DNA of 64,000 nt from Balamuthia mandrillaris (Eukaryota): NCBI GenBank assembly GCA_031835245.2, contig JAVKOQ020000037.1, positions 62,001 through 126,000 on the forward strand. The letters are read 5' to 3'. The position numbers were made by a program, and so were the translations under genes. Below the pieces are notes generated by a model, which saw nothing but the letters and a program-made list of their open reading frames with translations, did no database searches and was not told the origin of the DNA. Below, piece by piece: positions 1 through 9,462 of the stretch; the stretch's first letter is position 1, and every line of letters begins with the position of its first letter.

Positions 1-36
1 TTTCTGAGGCCCTCAACCATTTTTTTAAACTCCTAG

Positions 37-980
37 AGCATTGTTCTGGCGAAATATTTTGCCACGGAAGAGTACTTTCCACCACAAGCAGATGGGAGCT
101 CTTGGTGGAGCGGTAAGACCGTTTTGGAGCTGGGGGCTGGCACCGGTATTCCAGGTTGTTCAAACAACACATTTTTTTTTGAATAGCTATTTTTTTTTTT
201 TGAAAAAATGGCTGACTTCTTCTATTCCGTCTATTGTTGTTGAAGGTCTGTTGTTGGCGCGGTACGGAGCACGGGTTACCATCACGGACTTGCCACATGT
301 GGTTCCGCAAATGGAGTGGAATGCTGACCACAACAAACCTCCTTCGCCTTTGGAGCCCTGTCGGGCTGCACCCTTAGCTTGGTATTGTTTGTTTCCCTTT
401 TTGCGTTCGTGTTCTTTCTCCCTTCTATTCTTCCTCCTTGCCTTTTTTTTAAAAAAATATCACCTCAATTTCCTTTGCCAATGCTCTCTCTCTCACTCAC
501 TCTCTCTCAAGGGGCGAAAAAAGCGAAGCTGTAACGGGTACATTTGATGTGATAATAGGAGCAGACGTGGTATATTGGGAACGCAACTTTGCACCACTAA
601 TAGAAACGCTAAAGGTTTGTTGATGGCTGTCTTTTCAAAATAGATAAACAGAGAAACACGTTGTCATTATTGTTTGATGCAGGAACACAGCAATGACGAT
701 ACAGTAATCTTCATGTCTTGGCAAAAGCGGAGAAAGGGCGACACCCTTTTCTTTCGGATGCTCAGCAAAACGTTTTCTTATGACGATGTACGCAACTCCT
801 TTCTGTTTGTACATTTTGTTATAGTCTCCTCACCAACAAACGCCAAAGGTTGATTTCTCTCTTACTCCGTTGGAGGGCGCGGTGCCACCCAAGGCTCTCA
901 AGAAGATGCACGTGTTGAAGGTCACTCGACGCAAAAAGAAAGACACAACGGCCCTCCCTCCTTCTCATTGTAATAACTGA
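37..980 (+). CDS. METTL21/EFM-family lysine methyltransferase (5' end outside window; spliced)
   Basis: GT-AG exons join to KTVLELGAGTGIPG...VTITDLP...FDVIIGADVVY (SAM motif I and DxxY). TGA at 978-980; an extra 3' exon near 1095 cannot be excluded. Confidence 0.85.
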
Positions 981-1186
981 ACCATCCCTTTCCTTATGTT
1001 CTCCCTTTTATTTATTAACTATTTATTGTTTGAAGCGAGTCCTCCCTATCCCTATCACTCTCCTTATCTCTTTTCTGTTTTGTTATGCTGAAAGATGTGT
1101 CACCGGATTCCTCCACTACAAAGAGAACCGATTGGTGAAAAGAACGGGCAGTGCTGCAGACACAGTGACATCGAATGGGACGTGCT

Positions 1187-1280
1187 CTCATGAGACCAAA
1201 AAATTGTAGCTGTTCATCGAGGGGGGGAATGGCGTTTGGCCGCCCCCCTCCGTCCAGAAACAGAGTGTCGTCTCATTGAG
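1187..1280. ncRNA. Long imperfect intergenic hairpin with an Sm-like site on the minus strand; putative ncRNA
   Basis: Nested arms ctcatgagac/gtctcattgag, ctgtt/aacag and gagggggg/cccccctc. Minus strand reads AAUUUUUUGG at 1205-1196. Confidence 0.3.
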
Positions 1281-1454
1281 TAATTTCTTAAAGTTGATTT
1301 GAGGGGCCGTTTTTGGGTTTTATACTTTTCCACGTGTGGGCTTGCCATTGTGGGAGACAACGCAAGTGTGCCTTCTCTCGTGGGGGCGTGGAGGGCTTGA
1401 AACAGAGCAGGCAGCAGCCTGGCGACAACCGAGTGTGCTGACACGTTCACCATG

Positions 1455-1690
1455 ACCCCAGGTTACCCTCTCCCTAGTCCTCAAAGCCCTGGTTCCAAGG
1501 GGGGCCCTCTTATTAAGCAGCACTTGAGGAGATAGTGCTATAGACAGAGTGTTCCTAGTTGAGGTCCTAGGGCTTTAGCCCGCTAGGCCTGGAAGCATTA
1601 CGTTTCTTCGCTGGAAAGTCAGGGCTGGAAGGGTAGCGAGACAAGAGAGGGGGTCCTCTTGTAGGAAGGGAAAGTACAAGGTCTGATTTT
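1455..1690 (-). ncRNA. Putative structured RNA cassette carrying a 49-nt segment antisense to the mRNA of the gene at 15243-18089
   Basis: 1584-1632 is the reverse complement of 16287-16336 minus one base. It is flanked by stem 1579-1585/1634-1640, hairpins 1641-1662 and 1519-1539, and helix 1472-1484/1559-1572. Transcription is not demonstrated. Confidence 0.5.
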
Positions 1691-1943
1691 CACGTCGACC
1701 TGGCTAATACAAATCTCCGCGAAAATTCGATTCATCAGAACACAGGAACTTTGACCCCTCATGCCAATTCATGAATTTTTTTATTTCTATCCGCCGAAGA
1801 GAAAAGTGAAAAGCAACAAACGGAGCAAACCCGAGAGAGCGAGAGAGAGAAAGTTATCATTTGCTCTCCTACCTCACTCATTGTGGCCACAACACCCACC
1901 GACACACCACCGATACACGAGCTCAGCAGCTTTCGCCCTAGAA

Positions 1944-3607
1944 ATGAGCAGCGCCAGCGTTGAGGCTTTCCAACAAGGTTGCAGTTTGTTCGTGGATGAG
2001 GCCTACGAAGAAGCCCTGCAGAGCTTCAACCGGGCGATAGAGGCGGAGGGAGAAACGCCGCAGGCCGCCGAGTACTACCTCAAACGCTCCGCCTGTCACT
2101 CCAAGCTCAAGGTTAGTTGATTCGATTCATTCAGCGTTTTTTTTTTCTTTTGGTTATTGTTCCTTACCATCGTTCCAGAACTTGACAGAAGCGGTTGCCG
2201 ATGCCAACAAAGCCACTCAACTGAACCCACAAAACTCCAAAGCGTATCTTCGGAAAGGGTAACCAACAACCATTCTTGTTCTTCTTCTTCTTCTTCTTCT
2301 TCTTCTTCTTCTTCTTCTTCTTGTTCTTGTTCTTGTTCTTGTTCTTGTTGTTCTTGTTCTTGTTCTTGTTCTTGTTCTTGTTCTTGTTCTTGTTCTTGTT
2401 CTTGTTCTTCTTCTTCTTCTTCTTCTTGTTCTTGTTCTTGTTCTTGTTCTTGTTCTTGTTCTTCTTCTTGTTCTTGTTCTTGTTCTTCTTCTTCTTTTTC
2501 TTCTTGTTCTTCTTCTTCTTCTTCTTCTTGTTCTTCTTCTTCTTCTTCTTCTTCCTCCTCCTCCTCTCCCATTTTTTTTGTAATCCTTCGTCTAAACTTG
2601 GTTTCTTTTCACACAGTATGGCCTGTTTCGCATTGGACGAGTATGAAACTGCTCTTGCTGCCTTTGAGAAAGGTCAACAGCTTGAACCCGAGAACGCAAG
2701 CTTCAAGACCTGGATCCGCAAGTGCAAGGCTGAGATCGAGAGCGAGGAGGGTCTGCAAGAGGACCTCGTCACTGAGGAAGCTACCGCACCACCATCACAA
2801 GCAGCTTCCTCCTCTTCCTCTGTCGCTCCTGCCCCAACTTCAACTCCTGCTACGAGCGTACAAGAAGAAGAAAAGAAGGAAGTTCCTCAGGAACCCAAAG
2901 TAAGGTAAGTGAATTCCTTTCTGTTGTTTTGTTGCTTGTTGTTTCGGTCTTTCTCTAACTTTTGCGTTTGCGATTGATGAACTGTAGACATAGCTGGTAT
3001 CAAAACCCAACCCATGTATATATCACGTTCTACGCAAAAGGCTTGAAGGAAGAGGACGTTCAGCTGGAGCTCACCGACCAGTCGGTACGTACACATCTGA
3101 GCGCTCCTTTGGCACTTATGAACTAAATGAATGGACACATTACAGATGGACGTGACCATAAAGCTTCCTGACAGTGATTGGGTATTTGACATTGAGCTCT
3201 GCGATAAGATTGTGCCATCCGAGTCGCGGAAAGTGGTCAATAAGACCAACGTTGAAATCAAACTGAAGAAGGCCAACACAGCATCCTGGACCACACTGGA
3301 GCGTAAGGGAGAAACACGTCCCTGGGCTGATACCTCAAGTAAGACGACATTTCCTTCTTTTCTTTTCAGTTCTTCTCTCTTTGCTTTTCTTCTAACCGCA
3401 CGAAACAAATATACAGCTGCCAATAAACACAACTATCCATCATCCAGCAAACACAAGAAGAACTGGGATGTGCTCGCCAAAGAGGCCGAAGAGGAAAAAT
3501 TAGAGGGAGAACAAGCTTTGAACAAAGTGTTTCGGGATATCTACTCCAACGGTACAGAGGAGCAAAGGAGAGCCATGATGAAGTCTTTCGTGCGTCTCAT
3601 CTCTTCT

Positions 3608-3647
<40 letters not shown>

Positions 3648-3783
3648 CCATACTTACCATTCGTTTCAGTTGGAATCTGGAGGAACGGTCCTCTCCACAA
3701 ACTGGGAGGATGTAGGTAAGAGAAAAGTGGAATGCACGCCACCAGAAGGCCTTGAAGTACGGCGCTGGAACGACTCAAAATAA
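1944..3783 (+). CDS. SUGT1: SGT1 co-chaperone (TPR-CS-SGS)
   Basis: Seven exons join in frame: TPR N-terminus, CS domain (HSWYQ...), SGS domain ([10 protein letters not shown]...[19 protein letters not shown]). Confidence 0.95.
2275..2563 (+). repeat. Intronic (TTC/TTG)n mosaic microsatellite
   Basis: Read directly; lies in SGT1 intron 2. Confidence 0.95.
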
Positions 3784-3844
3784 AGATAACAGAGAATCAT
3801 TTCGCTTTGATTTTCTTTATTGTGAAGAACAAAAGAAGAAAGGT

Positions 3845-6800
3845 TTACTTTCTCTTTCTCTTCTTTCGTGACGTTTTTGCTTCGTTCTTGGCGAGCAAAG
3901 AGCTGCCATCGCGCTGGCTCTTTTCTTCGTCCAACAAACCAGCGAGCATGCCTGACTTGGTGAAGTACCTCTTGGACACACCGGCCGGCACCAACGGATG
4001 CTTCAGCTCCGCTTTCAGCTGCTGTTGAAGCTGCTGCACTTTGTCTTTGTGCTTCTTGGATTGCAAGGCTTCCTCTTCCTCCTCTTCTGATGATAGCCTT
4101 TTGGCCAAATGCAAAAGGCATATGAGCAACGAGAAAAAGAACAAGAAAAAAAAAAAAGAGGAGACTCGTTACAAATCGTCGTCGAGCTCAATGTCCAACT
4201 CTTTGGCGGTCTTCAGGAACCAGTCTTTCTTCGACTTAGTCTTCTTTTCTTGGTGGAGGAGCTGGTCCAGCTTGCGGGCAAGATTCACCCGTTTGGCGAT
4301 CTGTCGCAGGTATCCAAACTCAACGGGGTAAGCTGCCACCTCTGTTTTGATGTCGTGAGTTTGTGGGTTTGCAAAAGGAAAAGAATCACACAGAGAAGAC
4401 GGACCTGAGGAGAGAATACTGCAAATCTTCGTGTAGGAATGGGCTTCGTTTGGGCCGATCAACAACAAACTGGTGCCCTCCGCCAATGCTCGCGCTGTTC
4501 TGCCACTGCGGTGGATGTAAAGCTACAATACCCAGAGAGAGAGAGAGAGAGAGAGGGCAGTTTTAACGCGGTGCAGGACAAAACAGGGAAAATGAAAAAG
4601 AGCAAAGAAGCAAGAAACGAACCTCAGCGGTACGAGGCAGTTGATAATGAACGACGTAGTCGGTAGCTGGAATGTCAAGTCCACGTGCAGCTACATCTGT
4701 TGCCAACAAAACCCCATTGTCAGATGTTCTGAATCTGTTTCAAGAAGAGAACAAATCAGTTAACGTGAACAAAAACGAGCGCAATGGAAGAGAATTCGAA
4801 TTCTAAACAACAAACCGCTCCAAGTTCTTTAGACGTTGCTTTTGTTGCATGTTGGCATGAAGAGACAAAACAGAGAGATTCAGAAGCGTCAACAAAGGAT
4901 GCAGACGACGGATGCAATCGATCGAATTGACAAACACAATGGTCCGTCCCTTGTTCAGCATTAAGAAGTAATAGAGATAATAGTCCTTTTCCTCTGCAAG
5001 ACAGTGTATCTGCGTTTCTGTCAAGGTTTGGACCACTTTTCTCTCGCTGGTTAGATCTATCACTTCTATCTCTCGCTTAAATCCAACCTTCTCCGTCAAT
5101 TGGTCTGTTTACAGCATCATTCATGAGAAAATTGAGAAGAGAAGCGAGAAAGAACAAAACAAACCAAGTGGTTCCAACTTATGCTTGCGCTTATTGGGCC
5201 GAGCTTTGTTATTGCTTTTAGGGTCCACTTTCATGCGTCCTTGTTGGTTTAGCGTCAACGTTGCAGAGAACACAAATGTTTGACGGGGTATCGTCGTGCG
5301 TTCTTCAGCATCTGCTCTGTCTGATTGTTGCTCTTGTTGCCCAATAATGACATCATCATTGGTTGATGCTGAAGGATCAGCGTTGATGATGGCGAATAGT
5401 TCATGCAACTCTTTGAAATGTCCAGTCTCGACCATACGATCTGCCTCGTCCACCACCAAATATTGAATCTTCGATAAGTTTCGGAGATACTCTTGTTTCT
5501 ATTACACCCAATCAAGCAGCCCAGAGATCGCGTAAGTATGCAGAGAGAACAAGAGAGGGGAGAGAGAGAACCTCGGTGATGAGTTCCCACAAGCGACCAG
5601 GAGTGGCTACCACTATGTCAGGTCTACGAGAGAGCAGACGTCGCTGCTTTTGCAACGAAATACCCCCGATCACGACAGCTATCTTGATGGGCGTGTGTTT
5701 GGAGACAGCGTCCAACATATCCTTTACCTGCGTCGCCAACTCTCGCGTTGGTGTAAGTATGAGTGCCGGTGGTGCGTCCTTCTCCTCCAAATTTTCTCCC
5801 TCGGCAGACACCGATGCATTCCTTTGGTCGAGCAGCTGTTGAAGGATGGGCAGGCCATAGGCTAACGTCTTGCCAGAACCCTATTAAAGATATTGTGAGA
5901 AAACGAAGCGAACGAGAAAGAAATGGGAGGGCATTTACTGTCTCAGCAGCACCAAGAATGTCTTTTCTGCCACTCACAGCGAGCATGACCTGCGCCGTCC
6001 GTTGTTGTGCTTTCTTTTTCTTCTTGTTGCGTCGTGTCTTGGGCTCTTCTTCTCCCTCACCATCTTGAAGAGGAAGAGCAAGAGCGGCTCGTAAGGAACG
6101 ATGCTGAATGGGAGTGGGTCCCGTGAAGCGCATCTGTCGCAGTCCCTTCAACAATTGCTCATCCAGCCCATAAGCCGACCACTTTTCCATTGATATCTCT
6201 TCTGCTTGTTCTTCTTCTTGTTGGTCTTTTTCGTCTTCCTCTTCTTCTTCCTCTTCTTCCTCTTCTTCCTCTCCGTTTATCTGCTTTGCTTTCTCTTGTG
6301 CTGCTTGCTCGGTCTTTGAAGGAGCTAAGCGAGGTTTCTTCTTTTTCGGCTGTTCCTTTGTGTCCTCCTCTTCCTCCGCTTCTTCTTTCTGCTCCGTCTG
6401 TTGCTTTTCGTTCTTCTTCGCGTTCTTCTTCTCCTTCTGCTTCTTTGAGGCTTGTTGCTGTGGAGGTAAGGTCGACAAAGAAGACGAGGCAGCAGAAGAA
6501 GGAGCGAGCAAGGCGGAGAGAGCAGGGTGCAGCGTCGTCTTCAGCGGAGCGGCGCCTCGTTGCACGCCGCTCAGCTCCTTTTGAAGGGCCTCCTTCTCCG
6601 CCCTCTTCTTCACTCTCTGCTTCTCCTTTCTCTTTTGCTGCCGCTCCTCATATTCTCTCTGCCTCCGGTCCTCCTCCACCTCCCCTTCTCCTTCCTCCGC
6701 ACCTTCTTCTTCTCCCTCTCCCTCCTCTCTCTCCTCTCCCTCCGCTTCTGACCTTCGAAGGGTGAGTCCTTCGGCCTCGCTCTCCGGAAGGCTGTGCAAG

Positions 6801-7153
6801 GCGGCGAGATCAAAGACGGGAGTGGAGCCGTCGTCCTCCAGCACTTCGATGGAGAGCAGGCCGCCGGTGTCGTGCAGTGTTTCCAGAGGGTCGAGCTGGC
6901 GCCACCGGAACCTTCCCGCTGAAAGCGGGTGGCCGTTCGAGCCTTCCTCCTCTTCTTCATTCATGTCTTCCTCCTCCGCCGCCGCTATGCCTTCATCAAC
7001 GTTTTCAGCTTCTTCTTCTTGTTGTGCTTCGTGGTACACCGCCTTTTCTTCCTCCATCGAAATGCTCTGTGTTTCTTCTGCGCAGACGGAGCTCGTTCCT
7101 TGTTTTTTTGGCTGTCGCTGCTTACGCCTCGCCTTGCTCTTCGTGCGCACCAT
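3845..7153 (-). CDS. DDX24: DEAD-box RNA helicase, DDX24/MAK5-like
   Basis: Q motif [46 protein letters not shown]; long charged N-terminus. Confidence 0.9.
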
Positions 7154-7213
7154 TCTTCTCTCTCTCCGCTCTCTCCTCTTCTGCTGTCCTTTCTTCTATT
7201 TTTCTTTTCTTTG

Positions 7214-7237
7214 ATTTTCATGACGACGTGAATCTAT
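7214..7237. promoter_or_regulatory. Palindromic upstream motif (TTCRYGWCGACRYGAA family) in the DDX24/COPS5 divergent promoter
   Basis: 22/24 identical to 58909-58932; related copies occur in several other upstream regions. Confidence 0.6.
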
Positions 7238-7507
7238 CAAATATCTATCGGGACGACACGAATACAAAGGTTTGTCTGAGGGGTGATTATTCGTCTGTGT
7301 TCTTATTCATGTCGACACAGTAAGATTTTTTTTTGCTGAAAGAAATTTTGAGTGAAAGAAAAAAAAAAGAGTAGCGAAGAGGATCAAAGCGGCTAACAGC
7401 TCTTCTCCCCCCCCCTCCTCCTCCTCCTCCTTCTCCTCCTCCGTTGTCGTTGTTGTTCGTTCCACAAACACCAACTAGATAAACTTCTTCTTTAGAATAA
7501 TAATAAG

Positions 7508-9174
<1,667 letters not shown>

Positions 9175-9462
9175 GATGTGCTTGCTCCTTGGTCCGCCTG
9201 GGACAGCCTCATTCCCCCTTTGTTCCTTTTCGATGACCATGCTTTTTTTTGTACACCAATTTTTTTTCCCCTGTTTGTTTTTTGCCGCTTTTTGTGCACT
9301 TCGGCCCTTTGCTGCCTCTTCGTCTTCGTCTCTTCTCTTCATCGTTCTCTTCTCTTCATCGTTTTCTTCATCGTTCTCTTCTCTTCTCTTCTCAGAGTAT
9401 TTGAAAATTTTCTGGGAAATAAAAATTTAAGGACAAAGTAAAGAAGGCTTGGTTGAGAAAAG

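Noticed and set aside
1187..1280. Possible SECIS element, given SEPSECS in the window
   Set aside because: AUGA-to-AA spacing and GA quartet geometry do not fit, and no in-frame UGA is needed in the visible part of the adjacent gene.
1214..1523. Short minus-strand ORFs (79 and 67 aa) in the intergenic gap
   Set aside because: No recognisable motifs or splice structure; not called as genes.
1605..1630. Resemblance to RNase MRP/P CR-I (GGAAAGUC) or the vertebrate telomerase pseudoknot (CUGACUUUC)
   Set aside because: These bases are part of the gene-derived copy; no CR-V partner or telomeric template was found.
1711..1730. AAATCTCCGCG-AAAATTCGA resembles the REV3 frameshift site (48731-48751) at 18/21 with one gap
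   Set aside because: Short, found post hoc, lies in ordinary promoter-like sequence, and would encode non-conserved residues (KSPRKF); treated as chance.
2096..2908. Long poly-E/Q, poly-F/L and poly-S ORFs in the ORF track (also 10111-10562)
   Set aside because: Artefacts of stop-free intronic microsatellites.
7220..7279. ATGACGA...CTGA as a possible box C/D snoRNA
   Set aside because: The C-like box is part of the recurrent promoter palindrome and no rRNA-complementary guide was recognised.
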